From an uncultured Candidatus Saccharibacteria bacterium (GTDB lineage: Bacteria; Patescibacteriota; Minisyncoccia; Minisyncoccales; RBG-13-42-11): 28,789 bases of DNA. The DNA is taken from contig CAYYRI010000001.1 of assembly GCA_964474185.1 (NCBI GenBank), positions 1 to 28,789 on the forward strand. Reading direction: 5' to 3'. The translations under genes were made by a program, and so were the position numbers. The notes under the pieces are model-generated. The model searched no databases, was not told where the DNA came from, and worked only from the letters and a program-made list of their open reading frames with translations. Numbering within the stretch: the first letter of the stretch is position 1; each line of letters begins with the position of its first letter. Below, one piece after another: positions 21,469 to 28,789 of this stretch.

Positions 21469-21837
21469 ATGAAAACAATATTATTTGTTGAAGACGAGTC
21501 TGTTCTTCAAAAAACTTTCGGAGAAGTTTTGAAACAAGAAGGGTATGAGGTAATTTCTGCCTTAGACGGCCAAATCGGTTTAAGATTGGCGAAAGAAAAG
21601 AAGCCGGATTTGATCTTGCTCGATTTGATCTTGCCCAAAATTCACGGCTTTGATGTTCTGAAAAAACTCAAAGAAGACAAGGAAACCCAGGAAATTCCGG
21701 TGATTGTTTTGACCAATCTTGAAGGGATAGGCGACGTGGATAAAGCTCTCGAGTTGGGAGCAACCACTTATTTGGTAAAGGCCCAATACACCCTTGAAGA
21801 GGTGGTCGAAAAAATTAAAAAAGCCCTAGGGAAATGA
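21469..21837 (+). CDS. Single-domain (CheY-like) response regulator
   Basis: MKTILFVEDE..., phospho-acceptor context PDLILLDLILP, and VIVLTN...KA. No output domain. Start taken at the ATG at 21469 rather than the longer ORF overlapping the kinase gene. Confidence 0.9.
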   Translation: MKTILFVEDESVLQKTFGEVLKQEGYEVISALDGQIGLRLAKEKKPDLILLDLILPKIHGFDVLKKLKEDKETQEIPVIVLTNLEGIGDVDKALELGATTYLVKAQYTLEEVVEKIKKALGK

Positions 21838-21879
21838 CCAAGTCAGGTCGCGGCACGCGCGAATTATTTCTGATGTCGC

Positions 21880-21984
21880 CTTTCGGGCGAGCGCGCTAAC
21901 GCCGCTCCTTAACAACCCTCGGTTTTTAATATTTTTCCTACACGGAAGAACCGGAGGGTTCTTCCGACCCATCTCCAATGCGGG
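21880..21984 (-). repeat. About 105-nt structured repeat, copy 2 (inverted relative to 11351-11463)
   Basis: The reverse complement reads CCCGCATTGGAGATGGGTCGGAAGAACCCTCCGGTTCTTCCGTGTAGGAAAA...AAACCGAGGGTTGTTAAGGAGCGGCGTTAGCGCGCTCGCC. Confidence 0.7.
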
Positions 21985-22012
21985 ATGTTAATTATAAAGT
22001 ACTTATAAAAAT

Positions 22013-23767
22013 ATGAGGGTAGAACCGCAACAATTAAAAGCCTTTCTTTTGGACGCCAAATTGGTTACCGAAGAGCAATTCGACGGGGCCGCAAAGATTG
22101 CCCAAGATTCCAATCAAAGAGTGGGAGATGTTTTAGTTTCCCAAGGAATTATTCCCCAGGAAGATCTGATCAAATTGGAGGCATATATTTTGGGGATTCC
22201 GTTCGTCAATTTGGAAAAAGAGAAAATTGAAGATGAAATTTTAAAGATGATTCCCGAGCCCATAGCCCGTTCGAATAACATCGTCGCTTTCAGAAAAAAA
22301 GGAAACGAGCTGGAGGTGGCGATGCTCGACCCCGAAGATTTGAGAACGATCGAATTCATTAAAAAAACGGCCAATCTTAAAATCTTACCCAGATTAACCA
22401 CTCCCGAAAGCATTAAAAACGTCTTGAGACAATATCAACAAACTTTGGAAGTCGAATTCGGAGAAATTATAAAAAAAGAGGCCGGAGTGATAAAACCGAT
22501 AAAGGAAGAAGAAACAGTGGAAACGGGAGAAGACCTCAGGAAAGCGGCCGAAGAATTGCCGGTAATTAAAATTGTCGATACTTTATTGAAACACGCCATC
22601 TTGCAGAGAGCTTCGGACGTTCATATTGAGCCCACGGAAAAAGAAGTTCTGGTCCGTTATCGAATCGATGGAATTTTGAGAGACGCCATGACTCTGCCCA
22701 GATTAGCCGCCTCGGGAATCGTCGCCAGGATAAAAGTCCTTTCCAATCTGAAACTTGACGAACACAGGCTTCCCCAGGACGGACGTTTTAAGGTTGAAGC
22801 CGAGGATTACAAATATTCAATAAGAGTTTCAGTTTTGCCGGTTTTCGACGGCGAAAAAATCGTAATGAGGCTTCTGCCGGAAACCGCCAAAGCTTTTACC
22901 TTGGAGCAGATAGGGTTAAGAGGAGATGCGTTGGAAACCATTCAGGATAATTTAAGGAAACCGGTAGGTATGCTTTTAGTAACCGGTCCCACCGGTTCCG
23001 GGAAAACCACTACCCTATACGCAATGATGGAAATTTTAAATACCCCCGGCGTAAACATTTCAACAGTTGAAGATCCTATTGAATATAGGATGCCCAGAGT
23101 TAATCAGACTCAGGTTAATCCCAAAATCGGCCTGACTTTTGCTTCGGGGTTGAGATCTCTGGTCAGACAAGACCCGGACATACTTATGGTCGGAGAAATC
23201 CGAGACAGCGAAACCGCAGGCTTGGCGATTAACGCCGCCTTAACCGGGCATTTGGTTCTTTCAACTTTGCATACTAATTCCGCTTCAGGCTCCCTGCCCC
23301 GGCTGATCGATATGGGAGCCGAACCCTTTTTAATCTCCTCGACCTTAAATTGCATTTTAGCTCAAAGGCTGGTGAGGAGATTATCTGAGGAAAAGACAAA
23401 ATACATCCTGAAAGATTCCGAACTTAAAAACATAGCCAAATATTGCGATTTGGACAGGATTTTGAAAATTTTGAAAGAAGAAAAATTGGTGAAACCGAAA
23501 ACTGCCTGGAAGAGCATCGAATTCTTCAGACCCCCCTCGAAGATGAGCAAAGAAAGTCCGGAGGGCTACCGGGGGAGAATCGGAATTTATGAAGTTTTAC
23601 CGGTTACCGAAACCATAAAAGAATTAATCGTAAGACAGGCAAATTCCGACCAAATTCAGGCCCAGGCCCAAAAAGAAGGAATGAGGACGATGATCGAAGA
23701 CGGATTTATAAAAGCCGCCCAGGGAATAACCAGCATCGAAGAAGTATTAAGGGTAATTGTAGAGTAA
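22013..23767 (+). CDS. pilB: Type IV pilus assembly / type II secretion ATPase (PilB/GspE family)
   Basis: 584 aa. N-terminal MshEN-like domain, Walker A GPTGSGKTTT, Asp box, Walker B ILMVGEIRD, His box LVLSTLHTN. Confidence 0.95.
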   Translation: MRVEPQQLKAFLLDAKLVTEEQFDGAAKIAQDSNQRVGDVLVSQGIIPQEDLIKLEAYILGIPFVNLEKEKIEDEILKMIPEPIARSNNIVAFRKKGNELEVAMLDPEDLRTIEFIKKTANLKILPRLTTPESIKNVLRQYQQTLEVEFGEIIKKEAGVIKPIKEEETVETGEDLRKAAEELPVIKIVDTLLKHAILQRASDVHIEPTEKEVLVRYRIDGILRDAMTLPRLAASGIVARIKVLSNLKLDEHRLPQDGRFKVEAEDYKYSIRVSVLPVFDGEKIVMRLLPETAKAFTLEQIGLRGDALETIQDNLRKPVGMLLVTGPTGSGKTTTLYAMMEILNTPGVNISTVEDPIEYRMPRVNQTQVNPKIGLTFASGLRSLVRQDPDILMVGEIRDSETAGLAINAALTGHLVLSTLHTNSASGSLPRLIDMGAEPFLISSTLNCILAQRLVRRLSEEKTKYILKDSELKNIAKYCDLDRILKILKEEKLVKPKTAWKSIEFFRPPSKMSKESPEGYRGRIGIYEVLPVTETIKELIVRQANSDQIQAQAQKEGMRTMIEDGFIKAAQGITSIEEVLRVIVE

Positions 23768-23768
23768 T

Positions 23769-23800
23769 AAATCCGAAGCACGAAATCCGAAATCCGAAAC
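23769..23800 (+). repeat. Heptamer tandem array (AAATCCG units) at the left edge of the pilB-pilC insert
   Basis: AAATCCG AAGCACG AAATCCG AAATCCG AAAC. Confidence 0.6.
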
Positions 23801-23808
23801 AAATTCAA

Positions 23809-24174
23809 ATGGATAAAATTAAAAATTCAAAACAATACGATTTAGAAGAACGCACATTCGAATTTGCAAAGAGAGTAAGAATTTTTGTTAAAGAACTTTC
23901 CAAGACAATAGGAAATATTGAAGATGGGAAACAACTTATCCGATCTTCCGGTTCAATTGGCGCTAATTATATTGAAGCAAATGAATCTTTAAGCAAGAAA
24001 GATTTCGTTATACGAATTAAAATCTGTCGCAAAGAAGCAAAAGAGAGTAAATACTGGTTGCTGCTTATAGATGTTTATAACAATCAAAAATTGGAAAAAG
24101 AACGCCAAGAGCTTACAAAAGAAGCCACTGAGTTAATGATGATTTTCAGTTCCATTATGAGAAAATCTATGTGA
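23809..24174 (+). CDS. Four-helix-bundle protein (23S rRNA intervening-sequence protein / Avd-like family)
   Basis: 121 aa. YDLEERTFEFAKRVRIFVKEL...GKQLIRSSGSIGANYIEANESLSKKDF...ICRKEAKESKYWLLL is characteristic of this family. Confidence 0.85.
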   Translation: MDKIKNSKQYDLEERTFEFAKRVRIFVKELSKTIGNIEDGKQLIRSSGSIGANYIEANESLSKKDFVIRIKICRKEAKESKYWLLLIDVYNNQKLEKERQELTKEATELMMIFSSIMRKSM

Positions 24175-24183
24175 AAAAAGAAT

Positions 24184-24606
24184 ATGAAATACAAAAATCC
24201 AAAAGTTATAGAAAATAAGGTCACTAAAAATATTGAGGATAAGGCAAAAGATTATATTGTTAAATATTTAAAAGAACATGACGGGATAAAGGCCGACGAT
24301 ATTAAGCGGAAATTAAAAAAGGGAGCTGATATTAAAATTTTCAAAAATGGAAAATGCATAAAATGGATTGAAGCAAAGGGTTGCAATAAAAAAGAAACAA
24401 ATATCAGAATTACACCTCAATCGTTATTCACAATTGCAGAAGAAGGCGGGCTTAAAAATTACTTTATCTATTTTGTTTATGAAATGAATTCTAAAAAGCC
24501 GAAGCTTGTCATTTTTGATTATGAAACATTCAAGAAACATAAAATTATAGAAATTAAGTATATAATTCAACCATCTAAAATTAAACATAAGGTAATAGGT
24601 TTATGA
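24184..24606 (+). CDS. Small PD-(D/E)xK nuclease-fold-like protein (DUF3883-like pattern)
   Basis: 140 aa. GADIKIF-x9-IEAKG gives a D...E-x-K arrangement, followed by IRITPQSLFTIAEE and YFIYFVYEM, as in DUF3883-type domains. The call is based on motifs only. Confidence 0.55.
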   Translation: MKYKNPKVIENKVTKNIEDKAKDYIVKYLKEHDGIKADDIKRKLKKGADIKIFKNGKCIKWIEAKGCNKKETNIRITPQSLFTIAEEGGLKNYFIYFVYEMNSKKPKLVIFDYETFKKHKIIEIKYIIQPSKIKHKVIGL

Positions 24607-24668
24607 TTTTGAATTTTGAATTTGGAATTTAGATATTGTTTCGAATTTCGATATTCGAATTTCGAATT
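24605..24668 (+). repeat. Heptamer tandem array (ATTTTGA / TCGAATT units) at the right edge of the pilB-pilC insert
   Basis: ATTTTGA ATTTTGA ATTTGGA ATTTAGA TATTGTT TCGAATT TCGATAT TCGAATT TCGAATT. The TCGAATT part is an imperfect inverted copy of the left array. Confidence 0.65.
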
Positions 24669-24677
24669 TAAATAAGT

Positions 24678-25898
24678 ATGCCGAAATATTTTTATATTGC
24701 AAAATCTTTGAAAGGAGAAGAAAAATCCGGAGTAATGGAAGCAAAAGACACGCACCAGCTGGCGGAAACCTTGAAAAATCAGGGGTTTATTTTAATTAAA
24801 GCCGAACTCGAGAAGGGTAAGTCGGGAAAAAGAAAAATTAATTTTTCCGTCCCCTTTTTCGGCGGAGTTTCATTGACGGAAAAAATGATGTTCACCCGTA
24901 ATCTTCAGGTGATGATATCTGCGGGTCTTCCCCTGCCGAGATCCCTGGAGACTCTGGCCCTCCAAAGTAAAAGTAGGGTATTTAAAAAAGCGCTTTTGGA
25001 AATAAAAGAAGAAATAACCAAGGGAAAAAGTTTTTCCGAAACCCTGGCAAAATACCCCAATATTTTTTCCGAACTTTTTCAAAGCATGATCAGGGTTGGC
25101 GAAGAATCGGGCACCTCGGAAGACGTTTTGAAAGTTTTAACCAGGCAGATGGAAAAAGAACACGAGCTGCGTTCAAAAATACAGGGGGCGATAATGTATC
25201 CTACGGTCATACTTTGCACCATGATTGGCATCGGTGTTTTAATGCTTGTCATGGTCGTTCCAAAACTCGCGGAAACTTTTAAGGAATTGGAAATAGAACT
25301 TCCGGTTACCACCAAAATAGTCATTGGTCTCGGCACTTTTTTGGTCGAAAAGTGGTTTTTGATTGTCCCGATTATTATCGGTTTTTCGTTTTTGTTCTGG
25401 ATGGTTCTGAGAACCCAGACGGGGAAAAAAATAATTGATACCTTGTTCTTGAAACTTCCCATCATTTCCCCCCTCATTAAAAAAACGAACTCGGCTTCTA
25501 CTGTTAGAACCTTAAGCTCTCTTATTGCTTCCGGCGTTCCCATTGTTAAGTCTTTGGAGATTGTTTCGGGAACCTTGGGAAATATGTATTATAAAAACGC
25601 CGTTTTGGCGGCGGCGCAAATCGTCAGAAAGGGAGGAAAACTATCCGAAGCCTTATCAGTCTACCAAGACATTTATCCTCCGATTGTTTTTCAAATGATC
25701 CAGGTGGGAGAGGAAACCGGAGAAACGTCGAGCATTCTATCCAAACTGGCTGATTTTTTTGAAACCGAAGTGACCAATGCCACTCAAAACATGGCCTCGT
25801 TGATCGAGCCCGTTTTAATGCTGATTATCGGAGGAGCAATAGGCTTTTTCGCCATTTCAATGGTTCAGCCCATGTACTCGATGCTTGGGGCATTGTAA
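24678..25898 (+). CDS. pilC: Type IV pilus / T2SS platform protein (PilC/GspF family)
   Basis: 406 aa. Two T2SSF repeats (FTRNLQVMISAGLPLPRSLE...; TVRTLSSLIASGVPIVKSLE...) and three TM segments. Confidence 0.95.
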   Translation: MPKYFYIAKSLKGEEKSGVMEAKDTHQLAETLKNQGFILIKAELEKGKSGKRKINFSVPFFGGVSLTEKMMFTRNLQVMISAGLPLPRSLETLALQSKSRVFKKALLEIKEEITKGKSFSETLAKYPNIFSELFQSMIRVGEESGTSEDVLKVLTRQMEKEHELRSKIQGAIMYPTVILCTMIGIGVLMLVMVVPKLAETFKELEIELPVTTKIVIGLGTFLVEKWFLIVPIIIGFSFLFWMVLRTQTGKKIIDTLFLKLPIISPLIKKTNSASTVRTLSSLIASGVPIVKSLEIVSGTLGNMYYKNAVLAAAQIVRKGGKLSEALSVYQDIYPPIVFQMIQVGEETGETSSILSKLADFFETEVTNATQNMASLIEPVLMLIIGGAIGFFAISMVQPMYSMLGAL

Positions 25899-25899
25899 A

Positions 25900-26382
25900 A
25901 TGTCCACTTTTTATTTGAATAAAACTGACGACAGGGGAAGGGGAGGAGGGGGAGGAATGACGATGGTGGAAATGGTGGTCGTTTTCGGCGTTATCGGTAT
26001 TTTGGCCCTTGCCACCATTCCGGCATTCAGGGTGTTTCAGCCCAATTTGGAATTATCAAGCGCCGCGCGAGATCTGGCCACCGATCTCCGTTATGCCCAG
26101 CAATTGGCGGTAACCGAGCAGGTGGAGCACGGGATTTATTTTTCCACCACGACAAATGAATACCAAATAATCAGATTCGGGGCGATAGAAGAAATTTTGG
26201 AAACCAAGGAGCTTCCCGATAAAGTCAGTTTCCAAGAAGTCCTCGGATTTACCGGTTACAGAGTAAAATTTAATCCCTACGGTGCGGCGCAAGAAAGCGG
26301 GAATATCGCTTTAATCAATACTAAAAACTCCACTACGACCGTCGAGGTCAGACCCTCGGGTTTTGTAAAAATAATAAAATAA
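25900..26382 (+). CDS. Prepilin-type protein, GspH/FimT-like minor pilin
   Basis: Class III signal ...GGGGG|MTMVEMVVVFGVIGILA (Glu at +5), then SSAARDLATDLRYAQQLAV, typical of GspH/FimT. ATG at 25900 is preferred over TTG at 25885. Confidence 0.8.
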   Translation: MSTFYLNKTDDRGRGGGGGMTMVEMVVVFGVIGILALATIPAFRVFQPNLELSSAARDLATDLRYAQQLAVTEQVEHGIYFSTTTNEYQIIRFGAIEEILETKELPDKVSFQEVLGFTGYRVKFNPYGAAQESGNIALINTKNSTTTVEVRPSGFVKIIK

Positions 26383-26388
26383 AATTTA

Positions 26389-26805
26389 ATGAAATTTAAA
26401 AAAGGGTTTACTTTGATCGAAGTATTGGTGGCTATTTTTGTTTTGACCGTCGGGATCGTCGCAGTGTTGCAGGCCTTCCCCTTAGGAACATACATCCAGA
26501 AATCTTCCCAGATGACCACGGTGGCAATTCAGTTGAGCCAGGCGAAATTGGAAGAATTGGTCTCAAAATCATACGACGATCCCCTGCTTGCCTTGGGCAC
26601 CACGACCGAATCATACGGAACCGTTTCCGGTTTCAATTCATACAAAAGAACAGCAAGGATAAATTACTACGATCCCAATAATCCTTCCCAAATACCCGTT
26701 GCCGATTTGGGAATTAAAAAAATAGAAATAACCGTATTTTGGAAATCTCCCTTGGGAGTTGCGGAAAAAGAAGTGAAAATAGCCACTTTATTTTCTCAAA
26801 AATGA
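26389..26805 (+). CDS. Prepilin-type protein, PilV/GspI-like minor pilin
   Basis: MKFKKG|FTLIEVLVAIFVLTVGIVAV is a canonical prepilin cleavage/methylation motif. Confidence 0.85.
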   Translation: MKFKKGFTLIEVLVAIFVLTVGIVAVLQAFPLGTYIQKSSQMTTVAIQLSQAKLEELVSKSYDDPLLALGTTTESYGTVSGFNSYKRTARINYYDPNNPSQIPVADLGIKKIEITVFWKSPLGVAEKEVKIATLFSQK

Positions 26806-27380
26806 GCAAAAAAAAGGTTAAAAATTATTCATCGCGGGGATTTTCTTTGACCGAACTGCTGATTACCATAACCATTTTTGTTATGGTTACCAGCGCGGTC
26901 TACGGGGGATATTCTTTAAGCCAAAAAGCCTATTCGGAGGGCGAAATATCTGCCGAAATAACCCAAAACGGCAGGGTAATTATCGAAAGGATCAACAGGG
27001 AAATTCGTCAGGCAAAAGAAATAGTGGGCGATTTTCCGGAAGAAAGAGCATTTGCCCAGGAAGAAATCATATTCGAAGACGGCCACACGACAACAACTTA
27101 TCATTATATTCGTTATTTTAAAGCCGACGGAGAAATAAAAAGAGAAGTAACGGGATATTATTTTTCCGGCGACCCCGAGGAAACGCTTGTTCCCTGGGAC
27201 GCCGTGCCTCCCGTGGGCCAGACTCTGCAGACCAAAACCTTGGAAGAGGCAAGGACGATTGGAGAATGGGTTTTAAATCTGGAATTCTGGGGCTCGAAAG
27301 TGATAAATATTGCCTTAACCCTTCAAAAAAAAGACAAAGTTTTCATTTTGGAATCAGAAATTTTCGGCAGGAATTTATAA
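26802..27380 (+). CDS. Prepilin-type protein, PilW/GspJ-like minor pilin
   Basis: MSKKKVKNYSSRG|FSLTELLITITIFVMV. Its start overlaps the previous stop (ATGA). Confidence 0.8.
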   Translation: MSKKKVKNYSSRGFSLTELLITITIFVMVTSAVYGGYSLSQKAYSEGEISAEITQNGRVIIERINREIRQAKEIVGDFPEERAFAQEEIIFEDGHTTTTYHYIRYFKADGEIKREVTGYYFSGDPEETLVPWDAVPPVGQTLQTKTLEEARTIGEWVLNLEFWGSKVINIALTLQKKDKVFILESEIFGRNL

Positions 27381-27391
27381 AATTATTTTAC

Positions 27392-28789
27392 ATGGGAAAA
27401 ATTTTTCAGGAAAAAGGAGTCATTCTGATTATCAGTGTTTTGATTCTTGGTGTATTATTAACTTTAGGAGCTTATTTTTTAACTTTTACCCTGACCGAGT
27501 CCCGAATTTCCAAAAGCCAGATCGCGGGCATCCAGGACTATTATTTGGCGGAAGCGGGAGTCAACGAGGCAATCTGGAAATTAAAAAACGACCCCGAATG
27601 GAAAAGCAATTTTGAAACCGAGCCAATCTGTGATAGTTGGTCAGCGAATTTTTCCAGGAGTAATACTTTACTTCCAAGCAGTTCTTACCAAGTCCAAATT
27701 CAGAATTCTGATTGCGCAAGGGGCCAAATAATCGCCACTTCTTCGCTAAATATTGCCAACGGAAAAATCGCCCAAAGGGTTGTCAAAACAAAAGTATTCA
27801 AGGCTTACGGTTCTCTTACCGGCGACAGTGCGGTATTTTCCGGAGGAACGAGCGAAAATATTAATATTAATGCCAGTATTTTGAACGTTTATGACAGTAA
27901 TTTTTGGAGTAATCACAATCTGAATATTTCCTGGTCCAGCGATGTAAATCTGTTCGATGACTTAAATACAGAGAAAGTAGAGGGCAAGGCCCTGGCTAAT
28001 GGAAATCTCTCTGTTTCCCAGTCAAGCACTTTAGACGCCACGGCTAACTGTGCCAAAAACGTCTGCCAGGGCGATTGCCTCGAAGAAGGGTGTCCGCCCG
28101 CCTCAATTTCTATGCCGGCGATTGATTTTGATTCCACTGATCCTAATTCTTATAAAAGCAAAGCCAGTACGACTCAGGATACTGGTGTCTGTAATGTTCT
28201 GTGCAATGGAAGTCCTTGTTCCACCCGATGCGTATTCACCAGCAGCGAATTCAGCAATCTCTTGTGGCAGGTAGGGCCGGATGGGACGTTGACGCTTAAC
28301 AACGAAATTACTTATGTTACGGGCGGTATTGAATTAAAAGGCGGCAGGCGTCTTCAAATAAACGGTACTTTAGTCGCTGATTCAACAATTGATATTGGAG
28401 AGAAGCAGTGCTGGACGAATAACGGTCAAAAAGACTGTGGTTATGACCAGATTACTGTCAGCGACCCGGGAGAGGGCAAACCGTCGGGCATTTTGACAAA
28501 AGGAAAAATCAATTTCGGCCTTTATTCTTCTTACCAGAATTTCGAAATCGTGGGCCTTGTTTATGCGAACGATGAAATTAGCTTGGTCAGTATGCCCTCG
28601 GCTTTCACCATAAGGGGAGGAATTTTGGGAAGAAAAATTTCAGTGACCAGCGCCTGGCATAATCTTAATATTTATCTGGACAACACAATAATTACGGAAG
28701 GAATCTGGGGCGGGTCCAAGCCTCCCGAAGGGACAGCTCCTCCCTATTCTCCCGTGGTCACCGTCGAACACTGGGAAGAATCTTATTAA
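27392..28789 (+). CDS. PilX/GspK-like N-terminal domain protein with a large Cys-rich C-terminal region (candidate pilus-tip protein)
   Basis: MGKIFQEKGVILIISVLILGVLLTLGAYFLTFTLTESRISKSQIAGIQDYYLAEAGVNEAIWKL resembles the PilX N-terminal domain. Downstream there are many Cys clusters (CAKNVCQGDCLEEGC; CNVLCNGSPCSTRC). Stop at 28787-28789. Confidence 0.7.
   Translation: MGKIFQEKGVILIISVLILGVLLTLGAYFLTFTLTESRISKSQIAGIQDYYLAEAGVNEAIWKLKNDPEWKSNFETEPICDSWSANFSRSNTLLPSSSYQVQIQNSDCARGQIIATSSLNIANGKIAQRVVKTKVFKAYGSLTGDSAVFSGGTSENININASILNVYDSNFWSNHNLNISWSSDVNLFDDLNTEKVEGKALANGNLSVSQSSTLDATANCAKNVCQGDCLEEGCPPASISMPAIDFDSTDPNSYKSKASTTQDTGVCNVLCNGSPCSTRCVFTSSEFSNLLWQVGPDGTLTLNNEITYVTGGIELKGGRRLQINGTLVADSTIDIGEKQCWTNNGQKDCGYDQITVSDPGEGKPSGILTKGKINFGLYSSYQNFEIVGLVYANDEISLVSMPSAFTIRGGILGRKISVTSAWHNLNIYLDNTIITEGIWGGSKPPEGTAPPYSPVVTVEHWEESY

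Noticed and set aside
23809-24174. Four-helix-bundle protein as the Avd component of a diversity-generating retroelement
   Set aside because: No reverse transcriptase ORF and no template/variable repeat pair are visible anywhere in the window.
24605-24668. Possible CRISPR array or other spaced repeat
   Set aside because: The units are only 7 nt, are contiguous with no spacers, and no cas genes are nearby. This is a simple tandem array.

Overview
AT-rich bacterial window. Its gene content and style fit a small-genome Candidate Phyla Radiation (Patescibacteria-type) organism; that assignment is inference from gene content only. Positions 295-6608 form one co-directional minus-strand block: hicBA, a DksA/TraR zinc-finger gene, a membrane protein, pnp, a NYN-domain gene, rpsO, tRNA-Lys, a VirB2/TrbC-like pilin-like gene and tRNA-Arg. 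The rest is mostly plus-strand: cca, tRNA-Pro/Ala, a PlsY-Dak2-DegV fusion ORF, an intein-containing nusA, hppA, clpP, a PKD protein, an FN3+pilin-like protein and rny. A minus-strand tRNA operon follows. After it come a histidine kinase and response regulator, then a type IV pilus block (pilB, a 2-gene insert, pilC, four pseudopilin-like genes). Seven tRNAs are supported; no rRNA genes or CRISPR arrays were seen. Five things deserve most attention. (1) A complete tRNA-Pro(UGG) is nested inside a second, interrupted tRNA-Pro-like gene whose halves keep perfect acceptor complementarity. (2) A single 920-aa ORF fuses PlsY, a FakA-like Dak2 kinase module and a DegV/FakB-like domain, which together would cover exogenous fatty-acid activation and use. 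(3) A family of short GC-rich hairpin repeats is inserted in phase inside pnp and inside the fusion ORF, and also occurs intergenically, resembling Rickettsia palindromic elements. (4) A LAGLIDADG intein sits in the KH1 GxxG site of NusA. (5) Several other 100-150 nt repeat or structured elements have long closing stems. Shine-Dalgarno motifs are essentially absent upstream of the genes here. All calls rest on reading the sequence and ORF translations; no database search was possible.
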